NCBI GenBank assembly: GCA_965205865.1 | Contig: CBDBHR010000030.1 | Coordinates: forward strand, 1-64,000 | Direction of reading: 5' to 3' | From: a bacterium | Lineage (GTDB): Bacteria; SAR324; NAC60-12 | Length of the DNA stretch: 64,000 nt | In this document: piece by piece, positions 1 through 11,255 of the stretch | How positions within the stretch are numbered: the stretch's first letter is position 1 | Layout: every line of letters starts with the position of its first letter | Translations under genes and position numbers: made by a program | Notes under the pieces: generated by a model | Seen by the model: the letters and a program-made list of their open reading frames with translations, nothing else | Told to the model about the DNA's origin: nothing | Database searches by the model: none

Positions 1-451
1 CCATGGTTGTCGGTCTGTCAGCGACCGCTGTTAATGATGTGGTGGCGGTGCTGATCGGTGGCATTTCAGGGTACATTGGTGGCAAATTGGACCTGGTGGT
101 GCAGCGCTTTGTCGATGCCTGGATGTGTCTCCCGGGACTGCTCCTGTTGTTAACCATCATGTCCATAGCCGGAAAGGGATTGTTACAGATAATACTGGTT
201 CTGGGGATATCAGGAGGCATCGGCGGCTCGAGTGTCATCAGAAGCGCCGTGATCGGTGTCAAAGAGAATGACTATTTTCTGGCCGCCAGGGCCGTGGGCA
301 CCCCCACGAGCCAAATCCTCTTACGACATGCGCTGCCTAATATTATGGCACCCGTCATCATTGTCTTCTCGATCAACATTGGCGGGGTCATCAACTCCGA
401 AGCCTCGCTGAGCTTCCTGGGATTCGGACTGCCAGTCCAGATTCCTAGCTG

Positions 452-2276
452 GATCCTAGCCGAAAAGGTATTTTTTAGAATTATATCTTTAAACTTGAGG
501 TTAAAAAGTGCCATAATTCATTGAAATAACTGTGAATAACTTCAATATTAAGAATTATGGCACCCAAAATGAAACCATTCATTCGAGCAGAAAAACATCT
601 TATTTTAAGCGCTCCTGATACAGAATTTGAAAATTTCTTATCAGAACTTGATCAATTGTCTGAGCGAGAGCCGGAGATATTGGACAAAATTGAACAGGAT
701 TTGGAGAAATACGCAAGAAATAAAAAGAAAGAGCGTTTAGAGGATAAACGATGGCAGGAAGCCCGGAATCCATGGCTTCCTCATCTTCCCGTAGAAGATG
801 AGGAATTGAAGCCGGAAGAACTGAGGCTGGAAATAGGGTGTCCTCGGATGTCGGCTTTTTTAGTCTACCTTTTTATGATGATTCGGGGATACTTAGGAAG
901 TATCAAATCCCAAACGGCCCAAATATTTCTTTCAGAGTCAATCACACTGCATCTGCTTCTGCTCAACCGTGGATTGAAAATGCCGGGAGCGAGTACAATC
1001 CTTGATAATGTCAATGCTGTCAGCAACGAGAGCAGACAGTTTATTTTCGATGCTCAAATTCGAATGGTTCTCAATGAAGAGTTGGACGATTTTGATATTT
1101 TAAAACTGGATAGCACCTCTGTAAAAGGAAATACAGCTTGGCCTACTGATTCGTCGATATTGACTCGTCTCGTGGAGCGAAGCTACCATCGAGGGCGTTC
1201 CCTTGATACATTTGGAATCGCTGAGATCAGTGAAAGAAATTTTGATTTCCTCATCAAGGAGATGAATAAGCTCTCTAAGATGATTGCTTTTGAGACAGGT
1301 AAAAAGGACAGTAAAACGAAGCGAAAAAAACATTACAAAACCCTATTGAAGAAAGCTCAAAGCGCTCATGGGAAATTTTTAAAAGAAATGGCAAAGGTGG
1401 ATATCCGTGCCCAAAAAGCTCTTCTCCCCCCTTCTCGGAAAACGCGTTTGATTCGCCTCATTGAAATGATGAATGAAGATATTTCTAATTTGCAACGGGT
1501 AATCATCTACTGTCATCAAAGAGTTTTTGAAGAAAAGAAGGTTCCTTCTACTGAGAAAGTATTGAGTCTTTCCGATCAGAGTTCGGCTTATATTCAAAAG
1601 GGAGATCGAGAAGCGCTTATCGGATATAAGCCTCAATTAGGAAGGAGCGGAAATGGTTTTATTTCCGTGTTAATTACTCCGGAGGGCAATGCTGCTGATT
1701 CAGGGCAACTCGACCCTGCCCTTGTTGAACATTTGAGATGCACCATCACCATTCCCTCTGAAGTGAGCCTTGATGATGGATATGCCAATCAGGCGATCAG
1801 AGAAAAGTGGATGGGCAAAGGCGTTAAGGTTTTTAGTATTAGTGGGGCAAAGGGAAAAAAGATGACCCCGATTGAAGAATGGGAAAGTGAAATCTATTTG
1901 GAATCACGAAATGGAAGATCTGCTGCAGAGTCGTTGATGTTTCATCTTAAGCATCGTTTCCATTTCGGACAAGTTATGCGCAGAGGGATTGAAAACGTTC
2001 GGGCAGAGTTGCTGGAAAAAGCATTAACCTATAATTTTTGCAAAATGATTGAGTTGAAAAAAAGACAACTCAAACAAGCGGCCTGAATATTCAATGGGGG
2101 AGTGTGAAATATGAGCAGGGGCGAGGAAAGTATGTCCAAAAAAGATTTTTCCCCTATAAAAACTGTGCTGTGGGCGAATAAAAAACAAAAATAAATCGTT
2201 TTCTCGTCATATTGAATCAAATAGAGAATCAAATTGGTTACATTTACTATTTTCGAAACCCTTTTCGGCTAGGGTC
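452..2276 (+). mobile_element. Complete insertion sequence with DDE transposase (IS5-like/ISNCY-type, family uncertain)
   Basis: Terminal IRs GATCCTAGCCGAAAAGG / rc GACCCTAGCCGAAAAGG (16/17). Direct repeat TAGCTG at 446-451 and 2277-2282. Confidence 0.9.
557..2086 (+). CDS. DDE transposase, 509 aa
   Basis: Motifs LDSTSVKGNTAWPTDSSIL, LDDGY, RSAAESLMFHLK; fills the IR-bounded element. Confidence 0.85.
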   Translation: MAPKMKPFIRAEKHLILSAPDTEFENFLSELDQLSEREPEILDKIEQDLEKYARNKKKERLEDKRWQEARNPWLPHLPVEDEELKPEELRLEIGCPRMSAFLVYLFMMIRGYLGSIKSQTAQIFLSESITLHLLLLNRGLKMPGASTILDNVNAVSNESRQFIFDAQIRMVLNEELDDFDILKLDSTSVKGNTAWPTDSSILTRLVERSYHRGRSLDTFGIAEISERNFDFLIKEMNKLSKMIAFETGKKDSKTKRKKHYKTLLKKAQSAHGKFLKEMAKVDIRAQKALLPPSRKTRLIRLIEMMNEDISNLQRVIIYCHQRVFEEKKVPSTEKVLSLSDQSSAYIQKGDREALIGYKPQLGRSGNGFISVLITPEGNAADSGQLDPALVEHLRCTITIPSEVSLDDGYANQAIREKWMGKGVKVFSISGAKGKKMTPIEEWESEIYLESRNGRSAAESLMFHLKHRFHFGQVMRRGIENVRAELLEKALTYNFCKMIELKKRQLKQAA

Positions 2277-2556
2277 TAGCTGGGGAGGGATGCTCAGCCG
2301 GGAAGGGCGTGTGTACATGGAGATGGCGACATGGCCAGCTCTCTGGCCGGGGCTTTTCCTGACGATTGTCGTTTACTCCCTCAACATGTTCGGCGACGCG
2401 GTGAGAGACCTGCTCGACCCCAGGATGCGGGGTGGTGAGGGCAGTTATGGTACCGCGAAAGTGAAACGCAAACGAGGCCTCTTGAACCGGTTGATCAACC
2501 CGTTCTCTTAGGAGGAGCCCTCTCCCCAGTCGGAGCGCAAAACTTCTAGATCAGGA

Positions 2557-2725
2557 GTGAAAATGAGCAACTTATTCGATCTCACAGGTAAGGTTTCAAT
2601 CGTTACCGGTGGAAACAGTGGGATAGGACGAGCCATAGCAATGGGACTTACCGAACATGGTTCAGAGATTGTCATAGCAGCCCGTAACGAAAAGAAAACA
2701 GAGCACGTTGTCAAACAAGTAGACG
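2557..2725 (+). pseudogene. Short-chain dehydrogenase N-terminal fragment
   Basis: LTGKVSIVTGGNSGIGRAIA Rossmann motif, then truncated. Confidence 0.8.
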
Positions 2726-2786
2726 GAGGAAGAAATGCCGGAGACATGGCTTGGCCACCAAATCCTGGCCAGCGAGGGTAGATCCA

Positions 2787-2976
2787 TCAAGGATCTTTAC
2801 GCACCAAGATCCAAGCGGTTTCGACGAGCATTCCTCGCAGATCCGCTTTGCCGGAGCGAGTAATGCCCATATGGACCTGATCGGAACTGGAAAACTGGGA
2901 AGGGGTTAAACCCACATAAGCAGCCAGTTGATCACTCTTCCTGAAATGCTGGAGATTTTCAAGATCGAGTAATAAA
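2787..2976 (-). mobile_element. IS110-family transposase internal fragment
   Basis: QLAAYVGLTPSQFSS..ITRSGKADLRGMLVETAW motif of the IS110 C-terminal domain. Confidence 0.8.
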
Positions 2977-3420
2977 GTCATCATCAACGAAGAAAACTCC
3001 CCCATATCTGTTACAAATTTTAACAGCGTGGGCGGAGGCACTGTCTTATTTGCAGGCCATTTCCCTCGATTTCACCCTTCCGATTTTCGCACTAAAACCC
3101 TGGATGGGGTGGGTGAGGATTAGCCCATTACCTATGAGACTCTTGCTCCTTATTATGATCAAAATAATTGGATGATGGGCGTCGCGGGGCTTGCTGGCGA
3201 TCCTGCCTACCCTCCCAATCCGGAAGTGATGCCACCTCTCCCCTTAGGCAAGTCGGGCACCGCACTCGCGCAAGGCTTCAACAAGCTGGGCTGGCATTGG
3301 TGGCCTTCAGATAGCGCTTTCACCACCGTGGTTTATGATGGCCGAGACAAGTGTATCAATTTGGGTGCCTGAACAAGTGGGTGTGCGCAAGGTGCCAAAG
3401 CAAACACGGATATCACCTGA
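2977..3420 (+). pseudogene. GMC oxidoreductase fragment with in-frame stops
   Basis: Reads NSVGGGTVLFAGHFPRFHPSDF..GVGED*PITYETLAPYYD..CINLGA*TSGC. Confidence 0.8.
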
Positions 3421-3469
3421 GGAGGAAAAGAAAGGTAATACCGATCAGGACCCTAAGACAAACAACCCT

Positions 3470-3901
3470 TTTGATGCCAACCAACAAGCGACATTGAGTG
3501 CCCTTGCTGTGCTGATCATTCCCCCCAGTCCCGAGTATGAGGTCCCTGGTACAAATGACCCGCAAATCTTTTCAGGCATCCTCACCCTCTGCGAATAGAA
3601 AGCCGAATTTGTATCAGCACAATTGAATGCTATTGAACAAACGACACAGGCACAGTTCAAGGAAGCATTCATTGAGGCAGGTGTTGAAGCTCAAATGCAA
3701 ATTGTAGAAACCGTAGGCCGCGATTCACCATTCTTCTCCTTCATACTCACTGCGGTCGCGCAATGTTATTACCAGGACGATCGGGTGCTGCAATCTCTCG
3801 AAATCGAACCGAGGCCGCCCTTTCCTCTTGGGCATGAGGTTGCCCCAAGAGGATTGGTCTTTGTTGGAGCCTGTGCGTATGCGAGGAGAAATTTATCGTA
3901 A
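3470..3901 (+). pseudogene. Degraded GMC-associated (gluconate 2-dehydrogenase subunit 3-like) gene
   Basis: LIIPPSPEY and YYQDDRVLQSL..PRPPFPLGHEV motifs in different frames, next to the GMC remnant. Confidence 0.45.
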
Positions 3902-3966
3902 ATGATACTTAAAAACGTTTTGAATTTGGCAGAACAGCCAGTGTGAAATTCAAAACGGACCTCTGG

Positions 3967-6068
3967 CTAGATCCGGATATCCTGCAGATGGTAGTCTGTG
4001 AGACCCGCTTTTGCTTTGGGGGTCCAGCGGTAGGCTTTCTCTTGTCCTGCAAACGGTTTGTACACAAAAGGGGCTTCCTCCGGATACTGTTTTCGCCGGG
4101 CGTCGATAGCGTACATGATCAACCGCGAACGTTCACGGATATACGCCGCATCGTAGACGGCATCAGGATTGGCCTGCACTTTACTGGGCACATCCAACAC
4201 CGACTGACGCCGGTGGAAGCCGAAGTTGATGGTAACGCGAAGGTCGGAGCTGGTGTTCGCGAAGGAACCATGAAGGATCTGACGGTTGCAGATGACGACA
4301 TCCCCTGGATTGCAGATCAGCGGCATGGCATCGGGCAACCGGTCCGACCCCGCTTCCTCAGCCCTGGCTTTGATGTCTGCCTTGCCTTGCCGATGAGATC
4401 CCGGCACCACCCATACACCATTTGCGGCATTGCACCCATAGAGTTGTGCCATGAAATTGAAGCCGTGGGTGTTTTCATCGAGATCGTGGTTGTCCCAATG
4501 GGTGACGCCATCCTGGTGCCAGGCGACGGAACCACCCAGTCTGGGATACTTGATCCACAAACCCTCATTGAATGGAGTGAAATCCTCGCCGTTGATCGCT
4601 TCAGCAATGGCAAGGAGTTGGGGATGTCCATAAACGTGCAGGCAGGTCTCAGAAAACTGCAAGGAACCATTGATGTATTGTATTACAAACTCCGGGGCAT
4701 CTTCCGATGCCACTGGTTCAAACATCTTGACCTGGTGACGACTATGATTTTTGGTGGTTCCCCCAGCCTCATCTGAAAGGGGCTTGACCCAACTAATGTC
4801 TTGCAATTGGCAAGCTGCATTGAAGGCCGGGCGTCCCTGATGATCGACTTGCGCACCTTTAGAACTTATCCTTTAATAACTTGAAAATTGGTATTTCCTG
4901 CATTATTTTTGTCATCATGTTCAACCATAAACGCATGGAGGCTATATGGCAAAAGTACAGTCGTGGGAAGTATCTGATTCATTTTGGGCCAGAGTGGAGC
5001 CACTGATACCAAAACCCAAACGTGACCCGAACAAGACCTACAAGCGCAAACCCGGTGGTGGTAGAAAGCCAATGCCTGCGCGCCAAATTTTCGAGGGAAT
5101 TGTATATGTTTTGCGCACCGGTTGTCAATGGAGAGCCCTTCCCAAGGAAAAATATGGGAGTCCTAGTGCCATCCATGCTCATTTCATGCGTTGGAATGAA
5201 GCGGGTTTCTTTTTGTCGCTTTGGCAAGCCGGACTTGCCGAATATGATGAGATGGAAGGGATCTCCTGGAAATGGCAAAGCATAGACGGCACGACTGTCA
5301 AAGCCCCACTGGCTCAGGAAACCGTTGGTCGAAACCCGACTGACAGGGGAAAAAAAAGGGAGCAAGCGTCATTTGCTGGTTGACGGCCGTGGTGTCCCGC
5401 TGTCCCTCGTCGTAACCGGGGCGAACCGGCATGATGTGACACAGTTGGAATTGGTCTTGGAGGAAATCGTCATTGCGCGGCCTGAGGGCATTGAACAACA
5501 TCTGTGTGCAGACAAAGGCTACTACGGTGAGCCAGCATCACAGATAATTCGATCCAATGACTATGTGCCACATGTGAAAAAACGGGGTGAAGAGATTCAA
5601 GAAAAAAAAGCAAATCCCCAATACAGACCCAGAAGATGGGTCGTCGAGGTGAGCCATTCATGGTTCAACAGGTTTCGCAAGATAATGGTCCGATTCGAAA
5701 AATATAATCAAACTTATCTCGCACTGCTTCAATTGGCTGCAGCTATCATAACTTACAGGAAAGTTAATGTTATTTAAGGATAAGTTCTTAGTCACCGGTG
5801 CATGGTCCAGCAGATCGGCCAGATCTTGTTCGATGTCCTGGAGTTCCTCTTCTTTGAGAATCCCTTCGAAAATGTAGAACCCGTTGCGTGAATAGGATTG
5901 AAGGATGACCGGATCAAGACGGCCTTCTTCATCAAAACGGATCGCACTTCGGTTGTCGAGTACCAAAGCGCGTCGGGTGCCCTCCTCCCGATAACGAACC
6001 ATGGCTGATTCTTCTGTCCCATAATCCACAAGGACGCTCTTTTCTAAAGATGGATGATCTATACTCAT
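3967..6068 (-). pseudogene. Phytanoyl-CoA dioxygenase family (2OG-Fe) gene split by IS5
   Basis: WHQD, VVPGSH, HGSFAN..R motifs. Removing the IS rejoins HAPVTK-GAQVDHQGRPAF..LQDISW in frame. Confidence 0.88.
4862..5787 (+). mobile_element. IS5-family element with two-ORF transposase (4946-5383, 5325-5777) joined by probable -1 programmed frameshift
   Basis: Near-perfect IRs GAACTTATCCTT(T/A)AATAAC; TSD TTA. Motifs LRTGCQWRALP, IDG, ADKGY, RWVVE. GGGG-A8-GGG slippery site at about 5346-5360. Confidence 0.92.
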
Positions 6069-6466
6069 ATTAACCTCACTGTCCATTTAGGAGAATCAAA
6101 AGGCTGCTTTTAAAAATATTAGCGCTATCATCTTTATTAAATCCGATGATTTAAATCAAGTTAATAAATAATCAATACCATGTAGACAGGCAATTGCAAT
6201 ATGAAGGGAATCTTGAGCGGCTTTTTCAGGGATAGCTTTAGAGACAATCAATGGGTTAGCTATACGATTAGAAAGCCTAGAGCTTTGCCCCCTCCAAATT
6301 GAAGGGAAATGGAGTCCCGACCTCAGTGTTCGTCATCAACGACCCTCAGCTCCTGTTTCACGGTCTTGCATTCCTCCAGAAAACTCACAAAAGTATTGCA
6401 TAAGTATGATTATTTAGTATAATTTTCAGTAATAATATTATCAATACTTATTTCAAGGAGATTCCA

Positions 6467-6724
6467 ATGCCAACAGTAAAAACGGCTATTTCGCTGGATC
6501 AAAACCTTTATGAAAAGGTGAATCATTTCGCTGAAGAACTCCATGTTTCAAGGAGCCGACTTTTTGCCTTAGCGATCGAAGATTATATGAAGAGTAAAGA
6601 AAATCAAATGCTCTTAGAACAACTCAATACGGCCTATAGTGATTTTCCGGATGAAGAAGAAAATATCAAACACAAGCAAATGATTCTAAAACAAAAATCG
6701 AGTATGAAGGAAATAAAATGGTAA
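6467..6724 (+). CDS. Ribbon-helix-helix antitoxin
   Basis: KTAISL..VSRSRLFALAIEDY RHH pattern; overlaps the toxin start. Confidence 0.8.
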   Translation: MPTVKTAISLDQNLYEKVNHFAEELHVSRSRLFALAIEDYMKSKENQMLLEQLNTAYSDFPDEEENIKHKQMILKQKSSMKEIKW

Positions 6725-7071
6725 TCAAGCAAGGAGAAATCTATTGGATAGATTTGGCAGAGCCAAGAGGGTCAGAACCAGCCCATCGGCATCCGTATAT
6801 TGTAGTTCAAAATAATCTTTTCAATGTCAGTAAATTAAATACGGTTGTCGTCTGTTCTCTCACTTCGAATTTGAAACGAGCGAGCGCACCTGGGAATGTG
6901 CTCTTGCCCAAAGGCGAGGCCAATTTACAAAAGAAAAGTGTCGTCAATATTTTACGAATCTATACGATCAACAAATCAGATTTAGGAGAAAAAATTGGAA
7001 AAGTTTCCGAAAAGAAATTTCAAGAGATTCTGGATGGAATCAAACTTTTATTTGAACCAAGATCTCTATAA
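6718..7071 (+). CDS. mazF: PemK/MazF family endoribonuclease toxin
   Basis: GEIYWIDL..GSEP..HPYIVVQNN..VVVCSLTS motifs. Confidence 0.88.
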   Translation: MVIKQGEIYWIDLAEPRGSEPAHRHPYIVVQNNLFNVSKLNTVVVCSLTSNLKRASAPGNVLLPKGEANLQKKSVVNILRIYTINKSDLGEKIGKVSEKKFQEILDGIKLLFEPRSL

Positions 7072-7439
7072 TAACTCGCCCCTCCCCTCAAGAAACCTGC
7101 CAAAATATCAAAAAAATTCTCTCGTAAATTTCCCTGGGCCAGTACGCTGATGCGCCCTGGATGCCGGACCACGTCCGCGGAAGCGACACTCCGCATCGAA
7201 GATCTGTCTGTCGTTTTCTTTTTTGATAGTTCTCAACGAAATCGCCTTTGGCTGAAGATTTTTTAGAATTTCTGTTAGTCTTTCTTTTTCTTTTTTGATA
7301 GTTCTCAACGAAATCGCCTTTGAATGACAGGCCAAAACTATTTGTCGAATTCAGGTTCACATCAAGTGATAGTTCAATGAGTCAGGAAATCTCGAGGAAA
7401 GAGGTTGTTCAAGCCGGTGGGGTGATGGGCGGAGCACGC

Positions 7440-8322
7440 ATGGTTACCCTTAGCAGGTCGGTGCGAGTCGTCGCTACAGGCTACGCTTTTATCATACCAG
7501 CGCTTATCGTATACGTTTTCTTCATCGTATCCCTTGTGCACCTCGTTCTACTACAGCCTCACCAGTTGGAATGGGGCAAAGCCCGTAAAAGAGTTTGTCG
7601 GGTTGGCGAACTATCGCGCCCTAATAGTCGACCCGCTGCTATGGGAGGCACAGTACCACAACCTGATTTGGATCATCCTGGGCTCGATAACGCCTATTTT
7701 AATCGGACTCGTGCTGGCGGTTCTCGTATGGAGTGGGGTGCGGGGCAGGGTGGTCTTTCGGACCATCTATTTCTTGCCGGTAGTTCTATCCCAGGTCGTG
7801 GTCGGGATCATTTGGAGCTGGATGTATAACCCACTGTACGGGGTTGTCAACAAGGTGCTGAAGGGCATCGGTCTTGACTTTCTGGCGAGAGCCTGGTTGG
7901 CGGATCCGACTTGGGCTCTGCCGTCCATAATCGTGGCTGCTGTCTGCACCCATGTTGGCTTCTGTTTTGTCATCATCTTGGCCGGTTTGCAGAATATTAA
8001 CCCAGAGCTGATCGAGGCCGCTTTGATTGACGGGGCCAATGCCTGGCAAAGGTTCATCTACATCATCATTGCTGAGCTGCGGCACGTGCTGACTATGCTG
8101 ATCACTTTCACGCTCATCGGTGGCTTCCAGGTTTTCGACCTCATTTGGATCATGAACAGGGGCGGCCCCGGCACGGCATCACAGGTGATCTCCACCTATA
8201 TCTACAAGATAGCTTTCAGGGAGAGTGACATTGGCTATAGTGCAGCGGTGTCGATGGTTTTGACCAGCCTGGCGCTGGTTACATCTTACATATTTATCCG
8301 CGTACGAGAGAGGGGGGAGTAG
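7440..8322 (+). pseudogene. Carbohydrate ABC permease 1, frameshift near 7530
   Basis: N-terminal GYAFIIPAL in one frame; FVGLANY..EAALIDGA..Q in the next frame. Confidence 0.75.
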
Positions 8323-8326
8323 CGAG

Positions 8327-9202
8327 ATGGAGATCGCAACTACCGATACGGTGAGGCAGTTGACGCCGAGGCGATCAAGGCGTTATTGGCTGAGTAGAGG
8401 TTTTAAGTACCGGGTTCTACTCCTCTATGCGCTGATCAGCTTAGCACCATTTTACTTTGTGGTTTCCACCGCTTTCAAGACGGAAAGAGAAATCTCAAGG
8501 AACCCTCTAGCACCACCAACCACTCTGCATTGGGAGAATGTCTCGAAGGTGTGGGAACAAGGTCGATTCGGCAGATACTTTCTCATCAGTGTAATCGTGT
8601 CCGTTCCAATTGTCCTGGGTACGGTGTGTCTTGCCAGCCTGGCCGGCTGCGCCTTGGCCCGTCTCAAACTGCCGGGCGCCAATTTTGTCTTTTACTTCAT
8701 CCTGATAGGGCTGATGGTACCGTTTACATCGATCATGATCCCGCTCTTCCACTTCTTGAAAGACATCCACTTGCTAGGTACCTATTGGGCGATGATTCTG
8801 CCTCAGATCGCACTGTGGTTGCCGTTTAGCATATTCTTTATGCGTGCGTTTTTCACCGGGCTACCTTACGAATTGGCCGATGCAGCGAAGATCGATGGGT
8901 GTAACGAATTTGGTGTCTTTTGGCGGGTCATGTTGCCGCTGTCTGGGCCGGCCATTTCCGCCATGGTGGTTTTTAACTTTATGGCAGCATGGAACGCATT
9001 TCTGCTGCCCCTGGTTTACATGCAGAGAGGCAGCCTAAGGCCCATCATGGTAGGCATGATGTTCTTCCGAGACGCCTACAGTAGAGCTTACTCGCTGGAA
9101 ATGGCCGGCGCGATCATCGTCATGCCGCCAATTATCGTGGTGTATGTAATTTTCCAGCGGAAGTTTGTCCAGAGGCTCACGGCAGGCGCTATCAAGGAAT
9201 AA
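8327..9202 (+). CDS. Carbohydrate ABC permease 2
   Basis: ELADAAKIDGC EAA motif; ends FQRKFVQRLTAGAIKE. Confidence 0.9.
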   Translation: MEIATTDTVRQLTPRRSRRYWLSRGFKYRVLLLYALISLAPFYFVVSTAFKTEREISRNPLAPPTTLHWENVSKVWEQGRFGRYFLISVIVSVPIVLGTVCLASLAGCALARLKLPGANFVFYFILIGLMVPFTSIMIPLFHFLKDIHLLGTYWAMILPQIALWLPFSIFFMRAFFTGLPYELADAAKIDGCNEFGVFWRVMLPLSGPAISAMVVFNFMAAWNAFLLPLVYMQRGSLRPIMVGMMFFRDAYSRAYSLEMAGAIIVMPPIIVVYVIFQRKFVQRLTAGAIKE

Positions 9203-9336
9203 TTAGCGCTTGTCCGAAAAATGTCTTTCATTATGGATAGCCTTGCGTGATTATGGAGTGGAACGATTATGAGTGGTAAAAATGTGAATTTTTCTTTTGC
9301 ATAAGTACTTAAATAGAGAAATAAGTAAGGAGTTAT

Positions 9337-10413
9337 ATGATTACCAAAAAATGGTCAGAATGGCGCACTTGGGAGAATTGGAAGAAAATGGCCTCTCAGC
9401 AGATCGAAGAGCGTGGCCTTACTAAAAATCTGGATGAGATTGAAGAGCAGGGATTCACCGTGATCACCCCTGAGCAAATGGGCGACACTCGCCTGTTAGA
9501 GCAAACCAAAGAAGCGCTCTTACGGGTTGGGGAAGAAATCACTGGGGTGCGGCCCGATGAAGAGACCGGGGAACATGGTTTCACCGACAACATGGCACCA
9601 ACCAAACCCAAAATTGGTACTTCGGGTTTATGGAAAAGGATCCGATTATTGAGGAAATCATCCAGCATCCCCTGACTCTGCCCTTGATAGATTACTACCT
9701 GGGTTCCGGTTGCCTGCTTTCCGCGTTCAACGGGATTGTCAAATGGCAGGACCCGGTGGGCTATGGGCACACAATGGGCTTACATGCCGATACCCACCTC
9801 TATCCTTTTGAACCGCTTCCCGATCCCCCAATGGTGTTCAATACAAACTGGTGTCTGATCGATTATACCAAAGACAATGGCGCCCTGGCGATCGTCCCGG
9901 GATCCCATAAACTCCGCCGCCACCCCAAGCCGGGTGAGGAGGTGGATCAGGCCATCGCTGTCGAAGCACCCGCGGGTTCGGTCATTGTTTTCATAGGCAC
10001 CCTCTTGCACGGAGCCTTTCCTCGGATCAATCCAGGTTTTCGATTGTGGGTCACCGCTTATTACAGTGCCTTCTACTGCCGCACGCAAGAGCATTACCCC
10101 CAGCCGGATTTCGGAAGAAAATCTGGCTCGCAATGGGGAGCGGTTCCGTCAACTGCTCAAAATCGATGAAGTCTGGAATTTTGAAGATCCTCGGGGGCCT
10201 ATTCCCCCGTGGGAGCGAACCTCCGGAAAAACGTATGGCCAAATCATGAATCAGATCGTCACCCACCATGGAAAAAAGTTTCGCGTTGAAACTGACCACT
10301 CCATCGTAAATCATGCGGAGGGAGTGCGCTACATCCCCATCGATGGCGAAGAAAATGAGGAATCACTCGATCAGTCCAAGGAAACGATAGGCCTCCCCCC
10401 GGGACTAAGATAG
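9337..10413 (+). pseudogene. Phytanoyl-CoA dioxygenase family gene with two frameshifts
   Basis: Three consecutive ORF pieces (9337, 9630, 10066); LHAD, IVPGSH, LLHG motifs. Confidence 0.75.
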
Positions 10414-10425
10414 ACCTTATTACAA

Positions 10426-10865
10426 CCTAAATTGAGCGATTCTGAAAAAGGATCAGATTTTCAAGATGATTTTTTTGCTTGAGAAATGCAATCGTTCTGA
10501 AATCAGATTTTGATCATCAAATCCATGGAAGTTGGAGTGAGAATGAGCATCAAAATGCTGTTTTCAGATGTGGAAAGTCTTCATTTCTCATGTCATGGAC
10601 GCACTCATCCCCTTAAACTTTAATGTTTTTGTTTTTTAGTTGAAGCGAAACCCGTTGATCAGATTGGCGCCAATGCATGCTGGCAGGTGGCAAATAGTTG
10701 GTCCAATTGCAAGCGCTCAAAGGTCGTTTTGGGTACTTTCAAGATCAATTTTCCGGCATGATGAACCGGTTTGCCTGCCGTATCAAGAAACTGGCGCCGG
10801 AAGGTATCAGCATACATCGTTACCACAATCACTGGCTTGCTGACATCTTCTTTGAAGGCTTCGAA
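10426..10865 (-). mobile_element. Partial, diverged IS1380-family copy (3' end only)
   Basis: Similar to 11256-11696 including the IR CCTAAATTGAGCGATTC; breaks just before AAAAGGGGTCAAAC. Confidence 0.85.
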
Positions 10866-11014
10866 ACATTTGAAAATGAAAAGGGGTCAAACCTCAATTG
10901 CCCGTTCCATGTCGGCCTTTGTCCCTGGATAATCCATTGGAGGAAATATTAACTTCTTGCAAAATCTATTCACATATACTCTAAACGGGTTTAAATTTCA
11001 CTTTTCAAAAGAAC

Positions 11015-11094
11015 TGTCATTCCGAGCTAAGGGGGCTGCCTAAGCAAGAATCTCATGGGAATCAAGAAGATTCTTCGGTTCCCTCAGGATGACA
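11015..11094. repeat. REP-like imperfect palindrome (TGTCATTCCGAG..GAATCT..AGATTC..CTCAGGATGACA)
   Basis: Complementary ends TGTCATTCCGAG / CTCAGGATGACA and inner AAGAATCT / AGATTCTT. Confidence 0.6.
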
Positions 11095-11255
11095 AAAAAT
11101 GAAGAAATAATCCGTTCACAGTATAACATCAGTTATAAGGAGACCCTATGCCCTGAAAAGTTGCTTACCGGAGGACACGGGGTGGCCGTGTTGGAATACG
11201 AAGATCGCCCGTTGGCGCCCAATTTAACAAATTTAAAATTCAATTGTAAATAATT

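Larger units (their letters stand above)
3..2511 (+). pseudogene. Peptide/nickel ABC permease (DppC/OppC family), split by IS at 452-2276; 5' end may lie outside window
   Basis: EAA-like loop (YFLAARAVG..ILLRHALPN) and EASLSFLGFG before the IS. Removing the IS and one TSD rejoins IPS-WGGMLS..NMFGDAVRDLLDPR in frame. Confidence 0.9.

Noticed and set aside
2721-2976. Functional IS110 with bridge RNA
   Set aside because: Only about 60 codons remain, with no DEDD domain and no identifiable ends.
3943-4776. Long antisense ORFs (also 23787-24794, 25891-26667)
   Set aside because: Shadows of well-supported genes on the opposite strand.
7088-7330. ~37-bp direct repeat and short ORFs after mazF
   Set aside because: Real local duplication but no recognisable product or element ends.
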